From an uncultured bacterium (GTDB lineage: Bacteria; Krumholzibacteriota; Krumholzibacteriia; Krumholzibacteriales; Krumholzibacteriaceae), in assembly GCA_963813815.1 (NCBI GenBank), contig CAWFAD010000016.1, positions 448,001 to 512,000 of the forward strand: a stretch of DNA of 64,000 bases. The letters are read 5' to 3'. Numbering within the stretch: position 1 is the stretch's first letter; the number at the start of each line of letters is the position of its first letter. Below are positions 18,856 through 28,224 of the stretch, in pieces. The notes beneath the pieces are model-generated. The model had not been told where the DNA came from, searched no databases, and worked only from the letters and a program-made list of their open reading frames with translations. Made by a program: the position numbers and the translations under genes.

Positions 18856-19356
18856 ATGGCGGTACGCGACATTCTCATGCTGGGCAACTCCCAGCTCTAC
18901 AAGGAATCGAAGAAAGTCGAGCGCGACGAGCTCGAGAAGCTCCTTCCGGTCTTCGAGGACCTGCAGGACACGCTGCTCGACTTCCGCGATACGTACGGCT
19001 GGGGTCGCGCCATCGCGGCGCCGCAGATCGGCGTTTTCAAGCGCGTCGTGTTCATGCACGTGAACCAGCCGATCGTGCTCATCAATCCCGTCGTCAAGCT
19101 CCGCACGCGCCGCAAGGTCGAAGTGTGGGACGACTGCATGAGCTTTCCCGACCTCATGGTCAAGGTGAAGCGCTACCGCCGCTGCAAGGTCGAGTACCGC
19201 GACACGAGCTGGCGGAGGCAGAGCATGTACCTCGAGGGCAAGCTCGCCGCGCTCCTGCAGCACGAGATCGACCATCTCAGGGGGATTCTCGCGACCCAGC
19301 GCGCGATCACGAACATGAGCTTCGCTCTCCGGAGCGAGAGGCCGGAGGGGAAGTAG
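18856..19356 (+). CDS. def: Peptide deformylase (variant motifs)
   Basis: GRAIAAPQIG, DDCMS, QHEIDHLRG. Confidence 0.88.
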   Translation: MAVRDILMLGNSQLYKESKKVERDELEKLLPVFEDLQDTLLDFRDTYGWGRAIAAPQIGVFKRVVFMHVNQPIVLINPVVKLRTRRKVEVWDDCMSFPDLMVKVKRYRRCKVEYRDTSWRRQSMYLEGKLAALLQHEIDHLRGILATQRAITNMSFALRSERPEGK

Positions 19357-19378
19357 ACCCGTCGGCCTCGAACGGCTG

Positions 19379-19415
19379 AAAGCGGCCGGCGCCTTCCGCG
19401 CGCCGGCCGCTTTTT
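19379..19415. terminator. Bidirectional intrinsic terminator
   Basis: aaagcggccggcgc...gcgccggccgcttttt between convergent genes. Confidence 0.75.
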
Positions 19416-20200
19416 CATGAGTGACCTTCCTCGTAGCGCTCGAGCGTTTCGACGAAGGCGGCGAGGGCGCGCTCGTCCCGCGCGACGAGGGTGACGTCGG
19501 TGAGGCTCCTCGCCGCATGGGCCGCGAGCGCCTCGACGATGGCGGCGGCCGAATCCTCGGCGGACACCTTTCCGCCCCCCGCGCCGAGAGCGGGGAGGGC
19601 GATCGATTCGGCGCCGAGCTCCTCGGCGAGGGCGAGCGCGGCCGCCGTGGCGGCGCGAATCAGCTCCGGCGTGCTCGCGGCGTCCGGCGCGCCGGCAACG
19701 GGGACGTGAATCACGTGGAGATTGGGAAGGGTTCCCGCCGTCGTCGCGACGGGCTTCTCGGTCGATATGGGCGAGCGGGAGACGGCCTCCTTCTCGATCG
19801 CGTCGCCGCCCGCAGCCTTGATCGCCGCGGCCACGCCGGCGGTCATGACGCCGCGTGGATCGGCGGGATTCACGATCGCGTCCGCGAAGAGCGCCGTGAT
19901 GTCGCCGAGACGCGCCTTGACGCAGAGCTCGCCCACGTCCGTGGTGAACTTGTTCTCGTCCATCGCGATCTCGGCGAGAACGACCTCGGGGCGGTTGCGG
20001 TAGCGTTTCACGACCTTCTCGCTCTGTCCCATGATGTAATGCAGGGATTTGAAGAGATCATCGATCGGGAGCTTCCCGTCCCGGTACGCGTGCAGCTTCT
20101 GCTCGAGCGGCCCGATGAGCTCGAGGACCTGGCGGCGCTTGAGGGTCTCTATGAACCTCGCGCGCCGCTCCTCGCGCGAATCCTGCGTGTTCCTCGCCAT
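19415..20200 (-). CDS. Macro (ADP-ribose-binding) domain protein with N-terminal helical extension
   Basis: GDIT...DAIVNPA...MTAGVAAAI...VIH...SIALPALGAG; GGAGGGAG RBS. Confidence 0.85.
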   Translation of the reverse strand: MARNTQDSREERRARFIETLKRRQVLELIGPLEQKLHAYRDGKLPIDDLFKSLHYIMGQSEKVVKRYRNRPEVVLAEIAMDENKFTTDVGELCVKARLGDITALFADAIVNPADPRGVMTAGVAAAIKAAGGDAIEKEAVSRSPISTEKPVATTAGTLPNLHVIHVPVAGAPDAASTPELIRAATAAALALAEELGAESIALPALGAGGGKVSAEDSAAAIVEALAAHAARSLTDVTLVARDERALAAFVETLERYEEGHS

Positions 20201-20348
20201 GACGTCTCCCTCCGCGATCGTTCGTTCGTCGGCACCGTAGTACCGCAATCTCTGGACATTGGCAAGAGCCCTTTTGTACAATAAAAGCCCCCCGCGGCTC
20301 GGGGGCTCTCGACGCCGCGGGGCCGATCCGATCGACGAAAGGAGATTC

Positions 20349-22451
20349 ATGAAATCGAATATGGAACGGGAACGCCGCGCGCGCGGACCGGGATGGCGCG
20401 CGTTCGCGCTCCTCGCCGGGGCGGCGTTCGCGTGTTCATCATTCGCGGCCGCGTTCGCCGGGCAGAAGCCTTTCACTCCGGAGACGCTCGCCTCGCTCAA
20501 GGCGGTCGGCGAGCCGCGGCTTTCCCCCGACGGCAGGTGGATCGTCTTTGCCGTGACCGTCACGGATTTCGAGAAGGACGGCCGCGACTCCGATATCTGG
20601 CTCATGAGCGCCGATGGAGGCGGGATGCGGCGCCTGACGACGAGCGACAAGGCGGATCAGAACCCCGAGTGGTCTCCGGACGGCGCCTCGCTGGCGTTTC
20701 TGTCGGGCAGGGACGGCTCGATGCAGATCCACGTCCTGCCGCTCGGCGGGGGGGAAGCGCGCAAGGTGACCGATTTCCCGGGCGGCGTCGGCGACATGAT
20801 CTGGACCCCGGACGGCGGGGGGTTCGTGTTCGCGGCCGACGTCTATCCGGATTGCCCCGATCTCGACTGCACCAGGAAACGGGACGAGGAGCGGGACCGG
20901 AGCAAGGTCTCGGCCAAGGTGCATGAAACGCTTCTGTACCGGCACTGGGACGCATACGAGGACGGAAAGGTCCAGCACCTCTTCCACGTTCCGGCGGAGG
21001 GCGGCACGCCGCGCGATCTCACGCCCGGTCTCCGTTTCGACGCGCTCACCTACTGGCTCGCTTCGGCGGGGCGCGATTTCGATCTCGCTCCCGACGGCGG
21101 GACGGTCTATTTCTCGGGCAAGCAGGACGCCGATCAGGCCGTCTCCTACAACGAGGACATTTGGGCCGCGTCGCTCGCGGGGGGCGGCGCGAGGAAGATC
21201 ACGACGAACCCGGCCGCCGACTCTCATCCGCGCGTTTCGCCCGACGGACGCAGGCTCGCCTGGCGGGCGACGAGGCGGCCCCGGTACGAATCGGACCGCT
21301 ACGAGCTCGTCGTGATGGATCTCCCCGCGGGCGAGCCGAGGAGCCTCACCGCCGGATACGACCGGAGCGTGGGCGCCTTCTTCTGGGCGCGCGACGGAAA
21401 GAGCATCTACTTCGAGGTCGAGGACAGGGGCGACGTCGATCTCTGCGCCGTGCCGGCGCGCGGCGGCGACGTCAAAAAAGTGATCGGCGCTCCGGCCGCG
21501 GGGAAGGGTTTCCACCGGGACGTCGAGGCGGGGCCGAAGGACGAGTTCTTTATCTACCGCCATCGCCCGATGGCGCACGCCTTCGAGATCTTCCGCTGCG
21601 ACCGCGCGGGCCGCGGCGTCAAGCAGCTCACCTTCGTCAACCGGGACGTGTACGAGGAGCATTTCGTCCCGCAGGCGTCCGAAGAGATCTGGTGGAAGGC
21701 GCCCGACGGCGCGGACGTTCAGGGCTGGCTCGTCAAGCCGATGGACTTCGATCCCTCGAAACGCTATCCGATGATGGTGCGCGTGCACGGCGGGCCGCAG
21801 CAGATGTGGGTGAACGGGTTCCGGGCCGAGTACGCGATCTTCGCCGGCGCCGGCTACGCCGTTTTCTTCTGCAACCCGCGTGGCTCGGGCGGCTACGGGC
21901 AGAAGTTCTGCGACGAGATTCAGGGGGACTGGGGCGGCAAGGTCGTCGACGATCTCAAGGCGGGGGTCCGGGCGGCGCTCGCCGCGTACCCATGGATCGA
22001 CGGCGCGAAGGTCGGCGCGTGGGGCGATTCCTACGGAGGCTTCTTCTGCAATTGGCTCGAGGGGCACAACGAGGACGGGATGTTCGCCGCGCTCGTTTCG
22101 CACGCGGGGGAGGCGGAGCAGTGGAGCGCGTACGGCTCGACCGAAGAGCTTTGGTTCCCCGAATGGGATCTCACGGGCGCGCCATGGGAGCGCCCGGAGC
22201 TCTACGACAAGCTCTCCCCCATCCGCTACGCGGCGAGCTTCGGCACGCCGATGCTCATTACGCACGGCGAGCTCGATTTTCGCGTCCCGATCACCGGCGG
22301 CGAGCAGATGTTCACCGCGCTCCAGCGCCGCGGCGTGCCGTCGAGGATGATCCGGTTCCCCGACGAGAATCATTGGATACAGAAGCCGCAGAACACGCGG
22401 TTTTGGTACGCGTCGATCGTGGAGTGGTTCGACGAGTGGCTGAAAAAGTGA
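20349..22451 (+). CDS. Secreted S9 (dipeptidyl/acylaminoacyl) peptidase
   Basis: Signal peptide, SPDG beta-propeller repeats, VHGGP, GDSYGG, DFRV, DENH. Confidence 0.92.
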   Translation: MKSNMERERRARGPGWRAFALLAGAAFACSSFAAAFAGQKPFTPETLASLKAVGEPRLSPDGRWIVFAVTVTDFEKDGRDSDIWLMSADGGGMRRLTTSDKADQNPEWSPDGASLAFLSGRDGSMQIHVLPLGGGEARKVTDFPGGVGDMIWTPDGGGFVFAADVYPDCPDLDCTRKRDEERDRSKVSAKVHETLLYRHWDAYEDGKVQHLFHVPAEGGTPRDLTPGLRFDALTYWLASAGRDFDLAPDGGTVYFSGKQDADQAVSYNEDIWAASLAGGGARKITTNPAADSHPRVSPDGRRLAWRATRRPRYESDRYELVVMDLPAGEPRSLTAGYDRSVGAFFWARDGKSIYFEVEDRGDVDLCAVPARGGDVKKVIGAPAAGKGFHRDVEAGPKDEFFIYRHRPMAHAFEIFRCDRAGRGVKQLTFVNRDVYEEHFVPQASEEIWWKAPDGADVQGWLVKPMDFDPSKRYPMMVRVHGGPQQMWVNGFRAEYAIFAGAGYAVFFCNPRGSGGYGQKFCDEIQGDWGGKVVDDLKAGVRAALAAYPWIDGAKVGAWGDSYGGFFCNWLEGHNEDGMFAALVSHAGEAEQWSAYGSTEELWFPEWDLTGAPWERPELYDKLSPIRYAASFGTPMLITHGELDFRVPITGGEQMFTALQRRGVPSRMIRFPDENHWIQKPQNTRFWYASIVEWFDEWLKK

Positions 22452-24265
22452 GCATACTGGGCATTTCGGCCTTTTACCACGACAGCGCCGCGGCGCTCGT
22501 CGTCGACGGCGAGATCGTCGCCGCGGCGCAGGAGGAGCGTTTCACGCGGAAGAAGCACGACTTCGATTTTCCGCGGCGGGCGGCGCGATACTGTCTCGCC
22601 GAGGCGGGAATCGCCGCCGCCGATCTCGACGCCGTGGTTTTCTACGACAAGCCGATCCTCAAGTTCGAACGCATTCTCGAGACGTATCTCGCGTACGCCC
22701 CGCGGGGGATTCGCTCCTTCTTCGCGTCGATGCCGCTCTGGCTCCGGGAGAAGCTCTTCGTCCCCTCGATCATCCGCAGGGAGCTCGGCTACGAGGGGGA
22801 CGTCCTCTTCACCGAGCATCACGAGGCGCACGCCGCCTCGGCGTTCTATCCGTCTCCCTTCCGCGAGGCCGCGATCGTGACCCTCGACGGCGTCGGCGAA
22901 TGGACGACGACGAGCTGGGGCGTGGGACGCGACAACCGCATCGAGCTTCACGAGGAGATCCGGTTCCCGCATTCGCTCGGGTTGCTCTACTCGGCGTTCA
23001 CCTACTTCACGGGTTTTAAGGTCAACTCGGGCGAATACAAGCTCATGGGGCTCGCGCCCTACGGGGAGCCGCGCTACGTCGACGTCATCCTGCGCGAGCT
23101 CATCGATCTGCGGGAAGACGGATCGTTCCGTCTCAACATGAAGTATTTCGATTACGCGGCCGGCCTCACCATGACGAACCGGCGCTTCGCGGAGCTCTTC
23201 GGCGGCCCGCCGCGGCGAAGCGAGGCGGAGATCACGCGGCGCGAGATGGACCTCGCGCGCTCGATCCAAGCGGTCGCCGAGGAGGTCATGCTGCGCATCG
23301 CCCGGCACGTGGCCCGGGAAACGGGCATGAAGCGTCTCTGCCTCGCGGGCGGTGTGGCCCTGAACTGCGTCGGCAACGGGCGCATCCTGCGCGAGGGACC
23401 CTTCGAGGACGTCTGGATACAGCCGGCGGCCGGAGACGCCGGGGGAGCGCTCGGCGCGGCGCTTCTCGTCTGGCACGAGCATTTCGGCGCGCCGCGCGCG
23501 GTCCGCGAAGGGCGCGACTCCCAGCGCGCCTCGTACCTCGGACCCGCTTTTTCGGAGAAGGAGATCGAGAGCTACCTCAAGGAGAACGGGCTCGGGTACG
23601 AGAGGCTACGCGACGGGGAGCTTTCCGACCGCGTCGCCTCGCTCTGCGAGGCGGGGGCGGTCGTCGGGTGGTTTCAGGGCAGGATGGAGTTCGGCCCCCG
23701 CGCCCTCGGAAGCCGCAGCATCATCGGCGACGCCCGATCGCCCGCGATGCAGAAGACCATGAATCTCAAGATCAAGTACCGCGAGTCGTTCAGGCCCTTC
23801 GCTCCGACGGTCCTCGAGGATCGCGTCTCGGAGTACTTCGAGCTCGACCGCGAGAGCCCGTACATGCTGCTGACCGCGCGGGTGCGGCGGGACAAATGCG
23901 TCGATTGCGGCCCCGAGGGGGAGCGGGCGGACGGTCTCGCGAAGCTCGACCTCGTGCGCTCGGAAATTCCCGCCGTCACGCACGTCGATTACTCGGCGCG
24001 CGTCCAGACCGTCAGACGGAGCGACAACCCGGCCTACTACGACATGATCGAGGCCTTCCGGCGGCGAACCGGCTGCGCGGTGATCATCAACACGTCGTTC
24101 AACGTGCGCGGCGAGCCGATCGTCTGCACGCCGCACGACGCCTACCGGTGCTTCATGCGGACGGAGATGGATTACCTCGTGATGGAAAACTTCCTGCTCG
24201 ACAAGACGCTGCAGCCGAAGCTCGACGAGGAGACGGACTGGAGAACGGAGTTCGCGCTCGATTGA
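22448..24265 (+). CDS. NodU/CmcH/SxtI-family carbamoyltransferase
   Basis: ILGISAFYHDSAA, EHHEAHAAS, GGVALNC, QPAAGDAG, EFGPRALG, NTSFN; GTGA overlap with upstream stop. Confidence 0.95.
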   Translation: MSILGISAFYHDSAAALVVDGEIVAAAQEERFTRKKHDFDFPRRAARYCLAEAGIAAADLDAVVFYDKPILKFERILETYLAYAPRGIRSFFASMPLWLREKLFVPSIIRRELGYEGDVLFTEHHEAHAASAFYPSPFREAAIVTLDGVGEWTTTSWGVGRDNRIELHEEIRFPHSLGLLYSAFTYFTGFKVNSGEYKLMGLAPYGEPRYVDVILRELIDLREDGSFRLNMKYFDYAAGLTMTNRRFAELFGGPPRRSEAEITRREMDLARSIQAVAEEVMLRIARHVARETGMKRLCLAGGVALNCVGNGRILREGPFEDVWIQPAAGDAGGALGAALLVWHEHFGAPRAVREGRDSQRASYLGPAFSEKEIESYLKENGLGYERLRDGELSDRVASLCEAGAVVGWFQGRMEFGPRALGSRSIIGDARSPAMQKTMNLKIKYRESFRPFAPTVLEDRVSEYFELDRESPYMLLTARVRRDKCVDCGPEGERADGLAKLDLVRSEIPAVTHVDYSARVQTVRRSDNPAYYDMIEAFRRRTGCAVIINTSFNVRGEPIVCTPHDAYRCFMRTEMDYLVMENFLLDKTLQPKLDEETDWRTEFALD

Positions 24266-24266
24266 T

Positions 24267-24665
24267 ATGACGAGAGAAGAAACGAAGAAAATTAGGGAGT
24301 TCGCCTTCGCCCTCGCGGTGCTGCTCGCGGTCGTGAGCCGCGTCCGCCTCTGGCGGGGGCACGATCCGCATACGGTATGGCTCCTCTGCGCCGGGGGGGT
24401 GCTCGCGTTCGCCGCGATATTCTTCCCCGCCGTTCTGCGTCCCCTCTATCGCGGCTGGATGGTGATCGCCCGCGGGCTGCTCTGGTTCAACACGCGGCTC
24501 CTGCTCTCGATCATCTTTTTCCTCGTCGTCACCCCTATCGCCTTGGGGTTCCGCATCGCCCGGCGCGATCCCCTCGAGAGGCGTTTCGGCCCCCGCGAAG
24601 CGAGCTACTGGAAGAGACGCCCGGCAGCCGTCGACGCCCGCGTCCGGTTCCGGCGGCAGTTCTGA
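24267..24665 (+). CDS. SxtJ-family membrane protein
   Basis: REFA, YRGWM, FFLVVTPI, RDPL, SYW, RRQF C-terminus; directly after the carbamoyltransferase. Confidence 0.85.
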   Translation: MTREETKKIREFAFALAVLLAVVSRVRLWRGHDPHTVWLLCAGGVLAFAAIFFPAVLRPLYRGWMVIARGLLWFNTRLLLSIIFFLVVTPIALGFRIARRDPLERRFGPREASYWKRRPAAVDARVRFRRQF

Positions 24666-24795
24666 CGGAGGGACCGCCGGCGCCCGGGCTCCCGGGAGGC
24701 GGGCGGTAGCCCTTGCGCGCGCCGCCGCGGCATGGTTTAATGCGCTGGGCGCGTTCCCCGCGAGTCGGGGAGCGGGGCGCCCGAAAGGATACGAG

Positions 24796-26160
24796 GTGGA
24801 CTTCAAGGCTCTGTTCGAACCGCGAACGATGGCGGTCGTGGGACTCTCGCTCACAAACGACGCGCACCCCGCGAATGTCATCTTTCACAAGAACTATCTG
24901 CGGTACCCGGTGAAGACCTACGGCGTCAATCCGCGCGGCGGGATGCACCGGGAAACGAGGATATTCCCTCGCATCGCCGATATCCCGGAGAGGATCGATC
25001 TCGCCGTGATCGCGGTGCGGGCCGAGCTCGTGCCCGCGGTCATGGAGGATTGCGTCAAGGCGGGGGTCGGGGGCGCGATTATCGTCTCCGGAGGCTTCGC
25101 CGAAACGGGCCGGCGGGACCTTCAGGATCGGCTCGCGGCGATCGCCCGGGAAGCGGACTTTCCGTTCATCGGGCCGAACTGCCTCGGTATCTTCTCGCAG
25201 CGCATCGACACCTTTTTCCTCCCGAGCGAGCGGCTCGTGCGGCCCGATCCCGGCAAGGTCGCGATCGTGAGCCAGAGCGGCGGCATCCTCGTCGATCAAA
25301 TGGTCAAGTTCGCCGGGCAGGGCATCGGGCTCTCCTCGGCCGTCGGGATAGGCAACAAGGCCATGATCGGCGAGATCGAACTGCTCGATTGGTTCGCGGC
25401 GGACGAGAAAACGAGCGTCATCGCGTTCTACATCGAGGGGTTCAACCGGGGAGAGGGGCGCGAGTTCGTGCTCAAGGCGAGCTCCTGCCCGAAGCCCGTC
25501 ATCGTGCTGAAATCGGGAAAAACGGCGGGCGGCACGCGCGCCGCCGTGAGCCACACCGCCTCGATCGCGGGAGACTACGCCGTGACCTCCTCGATCCTCG
25601 GCCAGTTCGGCATCGCCGAGGCGCGGAACGAGTTCGAACTCGTCTCGTTCTGCGAGTCGCTGAGCTGCTACCCGCAGTCGATTGGCAACAACCTCGGCAT
25701 CGTGACGGGAAGCGGCGGGCACGGAGTCGTGGCGGCCGACGCGTGCGTCGCGGCCGGCTTCAACGTGCCGCACGTGCCCGAGCCCGTGCAGGCGGCGGTC
25801 CGCGCCAAGCTTTCCCCGAGCATCCAGGCGATCGCCTCCCTCGGCAATCCGATCGATCTCACGGGAAGCGCGACGGACGACGATTTCGTGCGCGTGGCGG
25901 GCGAGCTGAGCGAGATGTCCGAGATCGATTGCGTGCTCCTGCTCCTGCTGCCCTATCTCCCCGAGGTCACCTCGGACGTCGGGGCGCGGCTCAGCCAGGT
26001 GTATCGCAGGAAGGGAAAGCCGCTCGTCGCCTACGTGCCGCACGTCGAGAAGTACCGCATGCTCATCGAGGGATTTCAGCTCAACCAGGTGCCGGTGTCG
26101 CACTCGATCGAGGGCGCGGTGCTCATGGCGGAAGCGATGCGCCGCCGCCGTCCGTGCTGA
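24796..26160 (+). CDS. ADP-forming acyl/acetate-CoA ligase alpha subunit
   Basis: CoA-binding N-terminus, GPNCLG, SQSGG, GIGNKA, phospho-His SHT, GNPIDLTG. Confidence 0.88.
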   Translation: MDFKALFEPRTMAVVGLSLTNDAHPANVIFHKNYLRYPVKTYGVNPRGGMHRETRIFPRIADIPERIDLAVIAVRAELVPAVMEDCVKAGVGGAIIVSGGFAETGRRDLQDRLAAIAREADFPFIGPNCLGIFSQRIDTFFLPSERLVRPDPGKVAIVSQSGGILVDQMVKFAGQGIGLSSAVGIGNKAMIGEIELLDWFAADEKTSVIAFYIEGFNRGEGREFVLKASSCPKPVIVLKSGKTAGGTRAAVSHTASIAGDYAVTSSILGQFGIAEARNEFELVSFCESLSCYPQSIGNNLGIVTGSGGHGVVAADACVAAGFNVPHVPEPVQAAVRAKLSPSIQAIASLGNPIDLTGSATDDDFVRVAGELSEMSEIDCVLLLLLPYLPEVTSDVGARLSQVYRRKGKPLVAYVPHVEKYRMLIEGFQLNQVPVSHSIEGAVLMAEAMRRRRPC

Positions 26161-26195
26161 GCGGCGGGGGAAACGAGTCGCGGAGGGAGAGTGCA

Positions 26196-26891
26196 GTGGA
26201 TACGGCGAAGATCCTGGAAATCATCGAAGACTCCCGCGAGAACGGCTGGGTGCTCGAACCCGACGCGAAGCGTATTCTCGCGATCGCGGGGCTGGACGTG
26301 CCGCGTTTCGTGTGGGCCGGCAACGTCGATCAGGCGGTCGCGGCCGCGGCCGGCATCGGCTATCCCGTCGTCGCCAAGGTCGTCTCGCCGCGGGTGATTC
26401 ACAAGACGGAGGCCGGCGGCGTCGTCACTGGGATTCGAAACGAGGACGAGCTCCGGGCCGCCTTCGCGGCCCTCAGCCGCATCGAAGGCTTTCAGGGAGC
26501 CGTCATCGACGAGACGCTCTCCGGCGTCGAGCTCATCGTCGGCGCCAAGAACGACGACCAGTTCGGCCCCGTGATCCTCGTCGGGATCGGCGGCATCGGG
26601 GTCGAGCTCTATCACGATACGGCGATCCGTATGGCGCCGCTCGCCGCGCGCGACGTCGACTCGATGCTCCGCTGCCTGCGGGCGCACCGCCTGCTCGAGG
26701 GCTTTCGCGGGAAGGAGCCGGTGAACCGGGAACTCGTCGAGAAGCTCCTGCTCGGTTTTTCGGATCTCGTGATGGCGATCGGTAACGAGGTCGAATCGAT
26801 CGATCTCAATCCGGTGATGTGTACGTCACGCCGCGTGGCCGCCGCGGACGCGCGGATCATGCTCACTCCTCGGCAAGGTCCTCAGCTATGA
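26196..26891 (+). CDS. ADP-forming acyl/acetate-CoA ligase beta (ATP-grasp) subunit
   Basis: GYPVVAKVVS..HKTEAGGV, ELIVG..DDQFGPVILVGIGG, DLNPV, DARI. Confidence 0.88.
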   Translation: MDTAKILEIIEDSRENGWVLEPDAKRILAIAGLDVPRFVWAGNVDQAVAAAAGIGYPVVAKVVSPRVIHKTEAGGVVTGIRNEDELRAAFAALSRIEGFQGAVIDETLSGVELIVGAKNDDQFGPVILVGIGGIGVELYHDTAIRMAPLAARDVDSMLRCLRAHRLLEGFRGKEPVNRELVEKLLLGFSDLVMAIGNEVESIDLNPVMCTSRRVAAADARIMLTPRQGPQL

Positions 26892-28224
26892 TCCTGTCCA
26901 TCTCGGCGGGAGTGATCCCGAGCACCTGCGACGCCGCTTCGCGCTGCTGGCCGAAGTGCGCGAGCGTGGCGCGAACGTGTTCGCGGACGACCGCGTCGAG
27001 CCGCCGCGGCATGAAGGCCGTCGAACCGCCGCGTTCGATCCGCTCCCGGATGTAAGCCGGCAACGATTCCGCCGTGATCGTATCTCCGTCGGCGTTCGCG
27101 ACCGCCCCCGCCACGATCGTGACGAGCTCCTGAACGTTGTCCGGGTAGCTGTACGTCGCGAGGAGCTCCAGACACTCCGGCGAGAACGAGTAGATGGTTT
27201 TGCCGGCCCGTTCCGCCTCTTCCTTGAGAAAGATCTCCGCGAGAAGCGGGATGTCCTTCGTTCTCTCTCGGAGCGGCGGAATGCGGATCGAGTTGATCAT
27301 GAGGTGGTAGAGGAGATCGCGGGAGAAGCGCCCGGCGTATTCGGGGCGGGTGAGGTCGTGCATGCTCGAGACGATCGTCCGGACGTTCGCCTTCCGGATG
27401 GCGGTCGAGTTCTCGCGGTAGTACTCGCCGGTCTGGAGGAGCCGCTTCAGCCGGACCTGCACGGGGAGCGTCAGCGCGTCGATGTGGTTGAGAAAGAGGG
27501 TGCCGTTGTCGGCGCGCTCGAGCAGCCCCGGCGATTCCTCGCGCGCGCCTCGCCAGTCGCGCGCCTGTCCGAAGAAGAAAGCGGGGAACTCGTCGGGGTC
27601 GCGGCTGTCGGCCTCGACGACGACGAAGGGGCCGTCGCGCCGCGGGCTCGCCGCGTGAATGGCGCGCGCGAGCATTTCCTTGCCGCTTCCGCTCTCCCCC
27701 CAGATGAAGATGCTCACGTCGGAGGCGGCGAGCCTCTCCGCCTGGTGGAACAGCCGGATCATGATGTCCTCCCGCGTCGGGAGGTAGGTGAACGCCGCTT
27801 CGTGCGCGAGATCCTGGCGCGTGAGATGGCTCGGAAGCCGGTCGATCGTCTCGTGGAGGGCGCGGGTTTCGATGGCGTTGCCGAGAACCTGGAGCAGATT
27901 CTCGTCGTCGACCGGCTTCGTGAGGTAATCGAAGGCGCCGAGCTTCATGGCGCGCACGGCGAGATCGACGTCGCTCACGCCGGTGAGGACGACGACGGGC
28001 GTCGTGTCGCCCTTGGCGCGCATCGAGCGCAGAATGTCCATGCCGCTCACGTTCGGCATGTCCATGTCGAGCATGACGACGTCGAACGTCTCGCGCGCGA
28101 GGGCCGCCGCGACCTCCCGGGAATCGTTCACGACGGTCGGTTCGAAGAGATCCGTCTGCACGAGAAAAACCATGAAGTAGTTGGTCACGGCCACGTCGTC
28201 GTCGACGATGAGGACCTTTCTCAT
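26863..28224 (-). CDS. NtrC-like response regulator with degenerate AAA+ domain
   Basis: Intact REC; Walker A GESGSGKE; GAFTGA, Walker B and sensor II motifs altered; short C-terminal HTH. Confidence 0.88.
   Translation of the reverse strand: MRKVLIVDDDVAVTNYFMVFLVQTDLFEPTVVNDSREVAAALARETFDVVMLDMDMPNVSGMDILRSMRAKGDTTPVVVLTGVSDVDLAVRAMKLGAFDYLTKPVDDENLLQVLGNAIETRALHETIDRLPSHLTRQDLAHEAAFTYLPTREDIMIRLFHQAERLAASDVSIFIWGESGSGKEMLARAIHAASPRRDGPFVVVEADSRDPDEFPAFFFGQARDWRGAREESPGLLERADNGTLFLNHIDALTLPVQVRLKRLLQTGEYYRENSTAIRKANVRTIVSSMHDLTRPEYAGRFSRDLLYHLMINSIRIPPLRERTKDIPLLAEIFLKEEAERAGKTIYSFSPECLELLATYSYPDNVQELVTIVAGAVANADGDTITAESLPAYIRERIERGGSTAFMPRRLDAVVREHVRATLAHFGQQREAASQVLGITPAEMDRIIAEDLAEE

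Noticed and set aside
22448..24665. Saxitoxin biosynthesis (sxtI/J/K homologues)
   Set aside because: No sxtA/G or other core genes; this trio is widespread in glycan-modification contexts.
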